From NCBI RefSeq assembly GCF_026571515.1, contig NW_026864036.1, positions 1 to 64,000 of the forward strand: a DNA stretch of 64,000 nt, read 5' to 3'. Made by a program: the position numbers and the translations under genes. The notes under the pieces were generated by a model. It ran no database searches and was not told where the DNA came from. It saw nothing but the letters and a program-made list of their open reading frames with translations. Below are positions 25,201-38,290 of this stretch, piece by piece (the first letter of the stretch is position 1; each line of letters opens with the position of its first letter). The stretch comes from Ruditapes philippinarum. Lineage: Eukaryota.

Positions 25201-26885
25201 CTCCTGCCTTCAACACACAATAAACTGAGCTACAATGGAAAGGTCCATTTGTTGTATGTGAAGCAGTTAACAAGTTTGACTACAAAGTTAAAGTAGGTGA
25301 TAGAATTGGGATGTACCACATAAATCTTCTGAAGAAATACTTAAAGAAAGAGAAGATAGAATTTGTGCGAGTGTAGCTGTAATAGAGGCCGAAAATAATA
25401 ATGAAACTGGGGTAGTTGATGATGAAAATATTTTAACTAGTAGACACACAGGGTGAAGAGACGTACAGAGATGTTAATGCTAATGATCAATCAACACTTG
25501 AACAAAAATCAGAAGTAAATGCGTTGCTTCAAAGAATTTGAGGATATTTTTACTGATATTCCCGGAACTACAGATCTTGAATCACACAAGATTGAGTTTG
25601 ACTGACAAACACCAATTCGTGTTAGACAATATACGATACCATATGCAAAAAGGACAGCGGTAGAGGATGAAATTAAAATCAAAAAATGCTTGAATGTGGT
25701 ATCATTGAACCAGCAAATTCTGAATTATAATTCTCCCAATTGTTTTGGTGAAGAAAAGGGATAATACAAACCGCTTTTGTATTGACTTAAGACGACTCAA
25801 CTCTGTAACAAAGTTTGATACAGAACCAATGGTAATGTTGAGGATGTGATGGCAAAGCTAAAAGAAGATAAGTACTTCACAAAAATTGATTTGACCAAAG
25901 GTTTTTGGCAAATACCAATTGAAGCAAATCAAGACATCTAACAGCATTTTCTACAACAGAAGGTAGTTACCAATTCAGAAAGATTGCCATTTTTGAAAAG
26001 GGGTTTTTGGTTCAACATTTTAATTTAAAAGATGCGGGGAAATTGCTTTTCCCGGAAATGAATGAAAATAATTTAAATATGTTTACGATGGCTTTGGGCA
26101 TACGGGTTTCAGGAGAACATATTTAAAAAATTTTAAACAGTTTTTTGAAAGAAAAAAACGAAAGCAAAGATTTACAGTTAAACCTTCTAAAGTATTTGGA
26201 TTTTAAAGTATAACATTTTCCGTCATGTTGTTGGGGAAAAAGGGCAAAAGCCCAAAGGGAAAATGACAAAATTTTTCAAAATTTGAGAACCCAAAGCACC
26301 AGAACAAAAAAGCAATAAGGGTCGTTTTTTAGGGCTAAGGATACTAAAACCCAAAATTCATTGTTCCCTTTGCAGAAAATTTCTTTACCATTACAATTTC
26401 GAAAAAAAGGACAGCCAAAAAAATATTTAAAACCCGGGAAAAGAAAAACCTTTTTCAAAATTTGGGAAATTTCTGAACCAAAACACCAAAACACGCTTCC
26501 CCGACTTTTTAAATTTATTTTTTTTGCAAATTAAAGCTTCAATACCGGAAATTGGGCTGCACTTCTTTTAACAGTTTGATATGTTCTCTTTTCCAAATAG
26601 CTTACCGAGTAAGAAATTGCTAAAAGAGAAGAAACCCACTTTTGCTATCGAAAGGGAAAAGTCTTCAATTGGGATTTTGGAAAAAAAAAAAATTTAACAA
26701 AATTGTAAAGGGAAAGAATTTTACTGCAACAGACCCTGCCCCCTTTTAAATTATATTAGAAAAGTAAAGTTGAAAGTGGGGGCCCCATAAGAGATGGGGT
26801 TTTTTTACAGAACTATAATTTTGAATAGTACCCTTTAAAGGGGAAAAGGGTAAACGTATGTGCAGATTAACTAAGTGAACTTTGA
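22297..26885 (+). pseudogene. gag-pol: Frameshifted gag-pol of the Gmr1-like element
   Basis: In order: coiled-coil; SCAN-like IIREQF...LFLKERKPK...LAEQYLEAH (23040-23155); zinc knuckle CFICNREGHVARDC (23277-23318); protease LRDTG (~23680); integrase HESIVGGH..CRSCDICQ, DLIG, DYATRYP, SDRG, ERMN (24270-25340); RT RFCIDL, KIDLTKGFWQIP (25600-26240); degraded RNase H (~26500-26885). Confidence 0.85.
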
Positions 26886-26952
26886 AATTGAATAGAGACA
26901 TTTTAGATTATTCATTTTGTTTTAAAAACATTTGGGGTTTTTCGGGAGGGGG

Positions 26953-27966
26953 TGTCAGGGAAAAAAATCAAGTTTCACTGAGATATTTTTTTTCAACGAG
27001 TCAGCTAAACAACCCGAAAATTATCAGATTTCAATTACAGACCTGACTGGAGTATAAAAATATACTACAAAGGGTTTTGCATCAGAAACGTTTTAAAACT
27101 AGCAAATCGCGTTTTTGAGAAAAATTTTTACACAGTTTTTGGGGAGACACGTGATAGTGTTGTAGCGGGGGGTTTTTTTTTTTGGAAGGAATTTTTTGAT
27201 GTTTTGGTTTGGGTTTAAGTGTTTAAAATAATTTTTTATCTTAATTGATCGGGGGTTTAATTGGGTTTTATTATTGTTTTGATTTTGATTATATCTGTTT
27301 TTGAAATAAATTTTGGTTAATTGGGTTTAATGTTTGGTATTGTCAAAGATTATATTAGTTGCTGCTTTTGTTTTGGAAGTATGTGTAAATATTTTGGGTG
27401 CTTTAGTTTAAGTTGTTTTCTAATGCTGATTAGATTGTGCGAAAGTTAATATTGTTGGATGAAAAATGTTTTGTTGGTTTATACTGTATCTTAAGAGTTT
27501 GTAAAAAATATTCATTTTGTTTCTTATTTTGTGGTTATTTTTTTTGTTTGTTTTGAATCATAAAAGTTGTTTATGAAGCTTGGGCCCTCGCCAAGGTGTC
27601 TTGTTTCGTATAAAAGACGTATACGTGAAAAGATATTTCATAATAAGTGGCTGAAAATGATGTGTGTTTTGTTTTTGGGTGTAAATAATGATCAAGAGTT
27701 TCTTTGTTTTGGGTGTAAATAATAATCAGAAGTTTGTTGTTTACAATTATATATTGATTGAGATATGAAAAAAGAATAAAAAATACCTTTAAAAAAACAG
27801 TGTTAACTAAACAATTACATGCTTAGCCTAGTTTTCCAACTATGAATATTTCAATTTTATGTCAGGCGGTGCTGCCCAGCCCCCATATCTTGGAAATTGG
27901 TTCCAGTATTTATTACTGAATCTTTCCTTAGATTAAATAACATCAATGCAGACATTTCTCCTGACA
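26953..27966 (+). repeat. 3' LTR (1014 bp)
   Basis: Preceded by polypurine tract GGGAGGGGG (26944-26952). Starts TGTCAGG and ends CCTGACA. Host sequence resumes at 27967, matching unit 1 at 11348. Confidence 0.85.
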
Positions 27967-28128
27967 GTATGAATGTAAGGGTTTGAAATGCATTTACTTG
28001 CCTTAAGTAACGATTATATCTAAAACTGATTTGGATATATCAATACGTATTTACACATAGGGTTTTGATATGACAAACATGGAAATGGTATCTATGAAAT
28101 GTGTTTGTTTCCTATGTTTAGTTGTTAA

Positions 28129-28415
28129 AGGGACACTGATGTTGCCTGACACGATAGGACTTGATTAATGTCCTATTTTATGAACTTTTGTTCATTCGCC
28201 AATTCTGTTTTTTCCAAAATAATTTTTCTTATTGTGAAAAATAAGCGTTGCAACGATTTTCATTCCAATAGGGCTAAAATAGCGCATAAAACATTACTTT
28301 CATTTCTTTTTACATTTCCTAATTTTTTGCATATTATGATGTTTAAGTTGCCCCTATTGATTATTGTAAGAAACAAATTTTTCTTCAGTTTTATTTTTAC
28401 CTTTGTGGAGTTTCT
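28129..28415. mobile_element. Kolobok-like MITE (TTAA TSD, AGG termini)
   Basis: TTAA|AGGGACAC...GGAGTTTCT|TTAA; removing it restores the TLR signal-peptide sequence. Same family as 62465-62784 (opposite orientation) and a truncated copy at 11517-11580. Confidence 0.7.
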
Positions 28416-28639
28416 TTAATAGTTTTAATGATATATACTAACGGGTTTTCTCAATATGATTCGACGAAGAACAAAATTTTGAAGACAACAATGAAACATT
28501 GACTTGTAACATTATACCGAAGTATTTCCAGTTGGAGTCACGAAAGTACATTTACATTTGAGTCTAGTGGGCGACGCGTATGTTAACAATTTCAGTTTAT
28601 TGACTAATCTTGGTTCCAGGTAAAACTTCTTGAGACAGT

Positions 28640-31600
28640 GGCCCAGTTGTTCAAAACTTTTGTTAAATATTTAACAATGACTTCATAGTTAAATTAACAA
28701 CAAATTGTTAAATTCTGTGTTAAATTTTGTTGTTAAGCAATTCTGTTGTTCAAAAATTGTTAACGTTAAAGTTCTGTTAAATTAACAAAGTGTTGTTAAT
28801 TTTTTTGTTAAATATCTTTGTTAAAAAAATCAGTTGTTCAGAAAAAAAAATAGCGTTATCTTTTTGTTAAAAAACATCGGCTTTAACAAAAGATTTAACA
28901 AGAAAACTAATTCACCACCATAGGTGAATTAAAATTTTAATTGTTAGTGGCACAGAAAGTTGCTTGTTCCCTTATTTTACCCCTGTCAACTCCAAAACAG
29001 TCACTTTTTAACATTTTAACCCGCCATTGGGACATCATTCTTAATTATAAAAAGATTCTAAACAATTTACACAGGAATTTTAAGGAAAGTCCCATTTTTA
29101 CTATCAATAGCCTCAATGTTGGTATAAAAACAAATTAATTTTCATGAAATGTCTGAATCTGTTCAATTATCATACTAATAAAACAAGTTTTAAAGTAATA
29201 TATTAATCAGTATTAAGATCATCTTTTTAAATTCCAGCATAAACAAACATAAATTTATTCCTGTCTGTGATTTAATTAACAAATGTAGTTACCTCATTCT
29301 ACCTTATTTTGGATCATTAGAGTAAACAAGCTGACAAAATATTGTACTGCTAGTGTAAAACCATATATATGATTGATTACCAAAATCTGACACCACTGGT
29401 TCAATACTGCTTTGTTAAAAAAAACCTCTACTTGGTTGGTTAACTATTGCCAGTTTTTGTTTGTTTTGTCAGTTTAAATCTTCACTTTAAATATCTTTAT
29501 TAAAATCATTCAATAACAAGAAAAAAGATCAACAAGGCAAGGACCATTGTCTCATATGGTTATTTGTATGTTTTTTTGTCTGATGTCAGTTTCGTGCCAA
29601 ATAATAAATTGTCAAATGTGGTATTACAGTGTGATAATTTGTAGTTACTATAATTATATAGTTATAAACTGCCACGATCATCTGGAAACCAGAAAATATG
29701 TTTGTAATGCAATGGTTTCAATAATTATAACTAACTGGATTTACACTCAAGACCAATGCTCACATTTAAGTTACTTTAAAAAAGATTATTGTATATGTGT
29801 ACAATACTGTTATCTTATACTGTTGTTTTGGGTATATTTTTATGACAGAACATTATCATATCATTTAGATGGTATATGATATAGTTTCCTAAATTCATAT
29901 TGGGATTCAATACATTAATATTTTAATAACATAAAAGGACAAGTCTTGAGAACTGAATACCATGAAGTTGTCCTTTCTAAATTTCTATAGAAACAACAAC
30001 TGATCAATATCAATAATGTTGAAAAGTGTTTTAACGTCCCTATTATTTTTTACAATAGTCTGTCTCATCAAACTTTAATCATTATTTTCATTTTTTTACC
30101 AAATGTGAGAGTTGATTAAGTCATCTATATAAATGTTATGTAAGCCATGGATTCAAATATGAAGTAAATATAAAGCTCCATGATTCACCATTTCATTATT
30201 TTCAATAAGGCCAAAATGAATAAAAATATGTCTCCCCTTTCCAACTCAAACAAAATAGGGTTGGCATTTTATGTAGGAAACTTCTTCTAATTTTCTTTTT
30301 TATATGAGTGCATTAAAAGCAAGTTTTATATTTCAAATTTAAAGACATTGGACTTTAATTATATATTATTCAATGATATTAATGTTGACAGTAACAGTCA
30401 TCATGTATTATGTGTAAAGAATGGAGTAATTTGATAATTTTGAGATCTTATTTGTACATATCATAATTTTGAGGAATAATATTTTGGAAAGAGGCAAATT
30501 TCACTTTGTATTGTAAAGGTGGGAAGAGAAAAACAAAACACATTTTCTAATTTATGCAAGTCAATAGTGATTCTTATAAAATGTTAAAACTATAGTGCTG
30601 GTTTGGGTCAAAATCTCTATCATATAAATAAATGTAAATGATGTCCAGATTAAGTTTTTTAAAAAGTTTCATCTACATAATTGTAAAATAACCATGGCAA
30701 ACCTGTCAAAACAATAAGAACATCTTTAGGAACTCAACAGTTATGATCTCAATACTTGTGTGTGGTAAAAAATTGAGCACTAGGCATTATATAGATAATT
30801 AAATTAAAATTGTATAAACTGGCTTAATATTGCTGAAATTTTGAGAGTAAATGTGTGTATTTTGAAACCTAATGCTATGTTATTCTTGCTTTCACTTTTA
30901 TCAATAGCTGTGCATTAATTATAGTATACTGCAATTTATACTATTTTGTTAAATATACTTCATATCATAATTGTTTGATAAATATACAAAAACACTTAAC
31001 ATTTTCTTCTTCAGACATTTTAAGACATATATCTATTGAAATGAGGAAATAAGATAGCCTATTGATATTTGCATGCACAAACCAGTCAGACTCAAATATA
31101 CAAATTGTTTGTTAGTACAATGTCAATTTAAATAACTTTATTAATAAGATAAGAAAATGTTTAAGTTGAAGGTGTCTTTTGATTTAAGACAAGATATACC
31201 ATCACTCATGAGCTTTTGTAATTTTGTGAACAAGCTTTTATTTAATTCTGTTCAAATGGGCATTTTTCAGTTAAAATCCATGTCACGGTTATGGGTCTTT
31301 GTAAGGAATTTTAATTTCAAGACATGAAATTAAGTTTTGTTTCATTTAATACACAATTTTTAACCATACATTGTTGTATGTTGAAAATGATCATAAATAA
31401 GTCAAAATCCATGCAATGATTGTGGACCTTAATTAGAGAACTTCATGCATAACCATTAAGAAAAAAAAAGTTCACAAACTTTTAAAAAAGGGCCATTATT
31501 TAGTAAAATCGATGATAAAATTATAAGCCTAGTCTTTGACAGTGACCTCCAACACATGCTTATAACATAAGCATATGGAAGTAAAAACAATAGGGTAGTC

Positions 31601-32642
31601 TGACCCGTAATTGACTCATCATTTACCACAATGCACCAGCTAAAAAAATAAAAATGGCTTCTAGTGTAAGTTGTTTACTGTCAACAGCTACAATTATAAG
31701 TGTTAAAAAGTGTTTTAAAAATGGAATTGATCATTCAGACTTGGCTAACATGTTTCCTAACACCCAGTTTTGATATTTCACAAATGGATTTAACAAACAT
31801 TATCACATGATTATAGAATAAACACTGATAAAGATGCAAAAAACGAGGAAAATATACATGTGGGAAAAGTGTAAACGCGGGCACATTTTAAAAAAGATGA
31901 ATGGCAAGCACTGTTTGTTTTATATGCAGGCTGGCTGGTTAATATTTATCAGACCAGAATGCATATTTAATGTATGGTGCATTGTCAAATGCTTCACAAG
32001 ATACTTGGAAATAGGATCAAATTAGGATCAAGTCTGGTGGAGTCTGCTCTAGGCCTACATGTAATATGCACAGAAATCACAAAGTAATCAGGATATATAC
32101 AGTACTGGCATTACACAAAGAATATGATTGAAGGTAAAACAACTTTAAATATGTTTTCCTATGTATAAACTGTACACTGTGAAATAAATCACTCTCAATT
32201 CAAGTCAGCTATTCATAGTTTCATGTAGATATGACATACTGGGGTTCTGGTTACAACTTACAGTATGTTTATGACCAAACAGCCAAAAAAAACTTATCAT
32301 ATTATATGAGTTTTTATGTTTTATTAGTCTATGACTCAGCTGTATTTTGCAGACAATGTACATCAGCTGATTTTCTAAGTATTTCTTATTGAAGTGGACA
32401 GTTATCGGCCATTTTGTTTTTTTGTGGAGGAATGAAAAATACTGCATTGTGGGATTAATTTTTCTTGTTAATTAGTTAACAAAATGTTAAGCACTTTAAC
32501 GCCTTGTTAACTAACACAAAATTTAACACAGCTCTGAACAACTCAAATTTTGGCATTTTGTTAGCTAACGAAAATATTAAAATTTAACAACTGTTTAGTT
32601 AATTTGTTGTTAAAGTTAACAAAAGTTTTGAACAACTGGGCC
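28640..32642. mobile_element. 4.0-kb non-autonomous TIR DNA transposon (possibly PIF/Harbinger-related)
   Basis: Perfect 27-bp TIRs GGCCCAGTTGTTCAAAACTTTTGTTAA, 3-bp TSD AGT, and GTTAA/TTAAC-rich subtermini. No transposase ORF. Confidence 0.85.
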
Positions 32643-33929
32643 AGTATGTTAAATACTTATTTATATAAATCCTAACACTTTCTTAGGCATTAATGACATG
32701 GTCTTTCTGAATTAAAGCAGGGAATAAAATTAACACTGAATGATTTAATTATAGGTCTTAATGGATCGGACAATTGTGAGAATTGAATTAATTGATGTTT
32801 TGGGATCGCGCAATTGCAAAAGGCATCGGATTCGAGCCGCGTCATGTACACTGCCAATTTCCTCGACCAAGAAATTTACTCTATATTGCTTTACGTCACA
32901 CAGACGTAAATGGGTTACTAACTTCAGTGACGCCAGGAAGGTCGATAGGTGGAGTTTAACAATTTATGACCAAGGGTTATGCTTCGCTCACTTTAAAATA
33001 TTCCAATTGGGGGTTTAAAGAGACATACAAGAATTGCTATGAATGCTTTCAAGGATCAGAAAACTTTGTCCGAAACAGAAGGTATACAACGCTAATTTAT
33101 TAGAACCAAGTGAATCAGTTACGTTAAATCTGATTGACCACTTGGACCAGCCCAGAAAAGTATAACAACACTGAAGTGAAGTACGGGGCAACTTTTTACA
33201 GCTGCCACACAGCACTTGACACCTGCTGTTGTGAAGTATAAAAATCTGGAAACAAAGTGATCACTCGGAAGCATTAATCACAAGAGAATTGCAGACTCGG
33301 TTTGATTGAGTCTGTACATGAGTCTGTACCTCCCGCGCAAAAATGTGCCTCTCGTGTGCTTGTATGTTAAACATTATAAACAGATCGAAAAACCATAACA
33401 ACAATATAGTAGAACTTATCAAAAACTGAACACACTCTATCAACTATTAATTACGCATCGATACTTTATTTGCATAGAATATAAATTTAGCTATTTTTAA
33501 TCCAAAGTAATGATAAAATAACCTTCAAATTTCTTAATATTAGGCAAGTGACAAAGGAAAAGCTGAAAATAATATTTTCCTTAAATCACAATAAAAAGGA
33601 CAATGGAAATGTTATTCCGATTCGATTTGATTCATATTACATAACTACACAACCTATCTTCCTTTTGAATATTGTTATATCTTCCTGTTTCAATATTTAA
33701 GCTATCTGACGAAGTTTTTAATTCGATACTTGTTTCGTAAATGATATTTTTAAAGGGATATTCAGGCAAAAATAATGACAAAAAATATTAAAATGATCTT
33801 TTGTACTCAACTCGCCCCTAAAATGACATTTCTAAAAAGTTTCAAGCATGAATTCTTGTTTTAAATTCTATATGTTTTTGGATTTGAAGCATAAATACAT
33901 CTATATGTGTTTGAACAAAATTTAGACGC

Positions 33930-36900
33930 CAAAGGAAAAACCGGGAAAAGTTTTTAAAACAAAGGTTTAAAGGGGACGTGAACCCAAAACCTTTTAAATT
34001 AAAACTAAAAAGATTTCTGTGGGGTATTGGGAAAGATTTTAAACCCAAATCAAAAAACATTTTATCTTTAAATGCTTTTTTTAACGTTTCCCGAGTTCCC
34101 CTTTTTAAAAACTAAATTTTGAAATCCCAGCGCTTTTTAAAACCCGGGCCACCAAAGCGGGGTCAAGGGGTTTGGGGAAAACCCCCATTTTTTTTTCTTT
34201 ATTTTTGGGGGAAAAAGTTTTGTTTTCCCTTTTTTTTTGTTCCCAATAATATTTTTTTTTTGGGGCAATTTTAAAAGGGGAAAAAGGGGAAAGGAAAAAA
34301 CCCCAAAAATTTTAAAGGGAATGAAAAAAATTTGGGCCCGGGGGGTCTCCCTTTTTAAAGGTATTACTTTAAAACCAGAATTTTTTTGTTTAAATTTTGC
34401 GCCCGAATTTTAAATTTGATTCGGGAAAAAAATTTTTTTCCCCCTACCATGTTTTTAAAAAATAGGGCAATTTTATCATTTTTACTTCATTTTTTAAAAA
34501 TTTCCCCTCAAATGGAAAAGTCCCTTTTTTAAAAATTGGTTTTTCAAATACATAAGCTAAAAACATGGGCTTTTTGTTGTCCTTTTATTTTGGGATGCCC
34601 ATTTATTTTTTTTTGTAAGATCTATTTTAAAATTTAAATTTCATGTTTAAACCATCCTTTAAAGCTGTTAAAAAAAAAAAATCTTTAAAATTTTTGGGAA
34701 AACAGTTAACATTTTCTTTATACAAAATGAATAATTAAACCTTTTAAATTTTTGGGGGCGTTATTGTTTTTAATATTGAAGGAAACGTGAAAAAATTTAA
34801 AGTGAAAGATAAGTTTGTTGGGTATTTGTAAAAGGTTTTTTAAATTTTTTTTTTTTGGGGGGCCCTGGGGGGGGTTTTTACATTTCCCCCTTTTTTTTTG
34901 CCTTTATTCTTTTTTTGTTGGGAAATTTTTAATCTTAAGGGGGAAAATTGGGAAAATTATTTTTTAAACATCTGGTTTGAAGGGTACCTCTTATAAAAAA
35001 CCCAAATATTTTTTAAAAAAAAGGGAGATTTTACTTAAACCTAAATTTTTCCCATATTTATAGCTTTACCAATCGAACATTTTAGAATCATTTTTAAATA
35101 CCTTGGATTTACCTCCTTTTAAAAAAAGCAATTTTTGGGTTTTGAAATTTAAAAAAAGAAAAACTTTAACATGCCAAAAATTTTGTTTTGCATAAAAATG
35201 GGTTTTTTTTGTACATCAAATATATGGTTTAAATTGGTTTTTCCCCTTTTTGGGGAAATTTAATTTGGAAAATTTGGAAAAGCACGGGCTAAAAAATTTC
35301 AGAATTTAAAACCCTACAAAATTTTTCGGAATTTTTATGAGTAAAAAAAACTGGTTAAAAAATTTGGGGCAGCAAATTTATGGGGAGTTTTGGGTTTTTT
35401 TCCGTTACACCTTTAAAGAAAGAAAATTGATTTAAAAACCCCAAGGGGATTCTGCTTTTTTTAAGTCAGACCAAAAAATCGGTCGAACTTTTAACGGGAA
35501 AAATTTTTTGTTTTTTTTATTTTAAATTTTAAAACACGTTATCAAGTCCTTTTTTTTTATATTTGGGGGCAAAAATTAAATTTTAATGGATATGTAATAT
35601 AATTTTCTGTTAAAACCCAAAATTTACAACCCCTTTTTTCAAAATTTGGGAGGGATCTATTTAAAAATTCAAACAAGATTTTCAGACCCCTTTAAATTTC
35701 ATAAATTTTAAAATTTTATTTTCTAAATTTCAAACATAAAATATATAAAAAACATTACAAGGGGACGTTAACTTTCCCTTTCTTCTAAAAGGGGAAAAAC
35801 TCCACAAAAACAAAATCAAACTGGTTTTTCTGTTTAATGTAAGAAGGGTTTTTCCTCCCCCGGTTTCATACATGTTTTAATATTTAAAAATTTTCGTTTC
35901 CCTTTAAAAAGTTATTGTTTATTCCCAAAAAAAACAAACCATAATTTTAAAACTATTTCATGGGTTTTTTTTGAAAAAACCTAAAATTTTGTAAGGGAAA
36001 AAAAATTTCAATGAATTAAAAAAAATTTTAAATGTTTAAATGCCCTACATCATTTTAAAAGTAAACAGGAAAAAGACTTTTTATATCATTTACAGGGGGA
36101 AAGTATGTCATTTGTTTAAAATTTCTTCCTTTAAAATGTTACCAAATCAAAAAATTTAAACAGGGGTTAAAAAACTTTTAATATATTTGGGATAGGGGCA
36201 TTTTTACTTTATTTACTCAAATATCCCCGACTGTTTACGAAAAAAAGGGGGTTTTTTACCCCTATTTGATATCGTAAATTTAAAATGTAAAAGTTATTTT
36301 TGTGAAGAGACCAGTCTTAGTGGGATAATTTAAAAAAAAATTTTTCTTTAAAAACTTCATTCCAGTAAAAAAAAATTTTTTTTTGTTTTTTTTTATAAAA
36401 AGGCCAAATTTTTTTTTAAATAAAAACCATAAAAAGGGGGCATTTTTGTATTTTTTTTTTTTTTACAGGAAAAAATTTCCCCTTTTTGTTAAATTTGTTT
36501 CCCAAATTTAAAAATTGAATTTTAAGGGGTTTTTTTAGTAGCAAAAATAAAAATATGCAAAAAAAAAACCCCGTGTGTTTATTTTTTTAGAAAGTTTCAA
36601 ACGGTTTTTGAAGTTTATAAAGCTTTTCTTCATCAAGATAATTTTTATTTTTTAAGTTGGGCATTGATGAACCCGAAAAAGCCCCAGAAAGGGGGTTAAC
36701 ATTTTACGAAAAACCCAAAAAACAACAAAGGAAAAAATTTTTAAAAAATTTTTTTGTATGTAAAATTTCGCCTTTTGTTATGTTTCACCCCTGTTTTTAG
36801 GGTCATAGAAAACTGTTAAATTTTTTACATTTCCTGTAAGTGAAAATTTCATGACGTAGAATTAAAGGGAAAAGCTTTTAATTTTAATTTTTTGTAATTT

Positions 36901-38290
36901 GGGGGGGGGGGGGGGGGGGGAGCAAATTTTTTTCATTCGATTTCACGTATTTGCGTTTTTAAAAAACCCATTCCCCTCTATAGAAAAATAACAAATGAAT
37001 GTTTAAAAATACCCTATACCAGTTTATTGCCAAAGGAAGGGGGGACTAGAAAGGTGTTTTAAAATTTAAATTTGGGAAAAACCCTTTGGGGTATTATCGG
37101 AAAAATTTTAAAAACGAAAAATGGGTGTTTCCTTTGAAATAAAATAATAAACAAAAGGGGTACTTTTTAAAAAAAACATAGTTTGCCCTTTTGGGCGCAT
37201 TTGAGCAAAAATTTTTGTGCCCCAAAAATGGGCAAATTTAAAGGGTTAAAAAAAATGCCCGCAATCTTACCAGTGTAAGCAATGGGCGGTTGCATTTTAA
37301 TTTTTCCTACATTTTTTTATTTCCCAAATAAGAAAATTTTTAAAGCGTTCTTTTGGGAAAAAAAGTGCTCTAAATCAACTTTTATTAAACACCCAAAGTT
37401 TTGAAATTTATTTTTTTCCCCCAATTTTCAACCCTTTCCGGGTTTTATGTTTTAAAATTTCCCTTTTTACGTTTAAAAAACCCACTTTGAATATTGAAAA
37501 AAAATTATAAAATTGACCAAAGATTTTTTAAAAGGGTTTCTTTGCCCTTGGGGGTCAAAATGACAAAAGGAATGTCTTTTTTTATTTTTGAAAATTTGTT
37601 TCTTTAATAAGGGGGCCCTTAACCCACGGGGGTTTTGGGTTTTTTAAATGTTTAAAAAATTTTCAGTATAAATTTTTTAACAGTCTTTCTGTGAAATTTT
37701 TTGACATCCCCAAAGCCCCTGAAAAAAAAAATAGAGAAATTTTAAAAAGATTCCCGTAAAAAAAACGTTTCCAAAAAAGTCGGAAAATTTAAAAATGGGG
37801 GTAAACACGGCAGGGCTTTAAATTTCCGAGGGATCTTTTTTTTCCCAATTTATCTCAAAAATTTGGGCACAGGAAAATGACTGGGATGCCCAAAAAAAAA
37901 GGTAAACAGATTTGTTTTTCCAAAGGTGTCTGGTTTTTGATCCTCGGGCCAAGCAAAAATTTTTTCCGTGGTAAATTTATCTTTAGAAAAGTAGGGTTGC
38001 AATTTATTTTTCTTCTCACCACTGGGTTTTAACATAATGATAAAAAAAAGGAAAACCTGTAACCCAATTTTTTTTGTTTAGTACCCGTTTAAAAACCCAT
38101 AGAAAAAAAGTCTCATATACACAAACACAGAAAAAAACTAACAGATCGAAAATAATTTTAAAAACGTTGGAACAAACAACTTAAAAAAAAACTACACTAA
38201 AAATGCTTAAACTTTTTTAAATTTTACAAGCTCAAGATAAATTGTTATAACACATTACAGTTTGTTTAAAAAAAACCCCTACATTGATGT
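33930..38290. other. Low-quality, homopolymer-expanded sequence (unpolished consensus) of tandem unit 3 flank
   Basis: Almost all runs of A/T/G/C, yet islands align in order to unit 1/2 flank (e.g. 35060-35120 to 14294-14350; 35780-36010 to 1065-1290). Confidence 0.75.

Larger units (their letters stand above)
21040..27966 (+). mobile_element. Gmr1-like Ty3/Gypsy LTR retrotransposon (gag-PR-IN-RT-RH)
   Basis: Paired LTRs ending CCTGACA, a tRNA-Pro PBS, a PPT, and frameshifted gag/pol motifs with integrase ahead of RT. The left boundary of the 5' LTR is unresolved. Confidence 0.9.
28085..33150 (+). pseudogene. Inverted TLR relic (unit 2), split by two DNA-transposon insertions
   Basis: Three pieces: 28085-28128 (start of signal peptide), 28416-28639 (LIVLMIYTNGFSQYDSTK..EDNNETLTCNIIP) and 32643-33150 (NPNTFLGIND..KLTLNDLI.GLNGSD..PRNLLYIALRHTDVNG). 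Confidence 0.75.

Noticed and set aside
28941-32447. Short ORFs inside the 4-kb TIR element as transposase exons
   Set aside because: No DDE, Myb/SANT or other recognisable motif; the composition is that of random AT-rich DNA.
33930-38290. Novel low-complexity satellite or a foreign compositional island
   Set aside because: It aligns in order to clean paralogous flank, so it is best explained as base-calling/consensus error.
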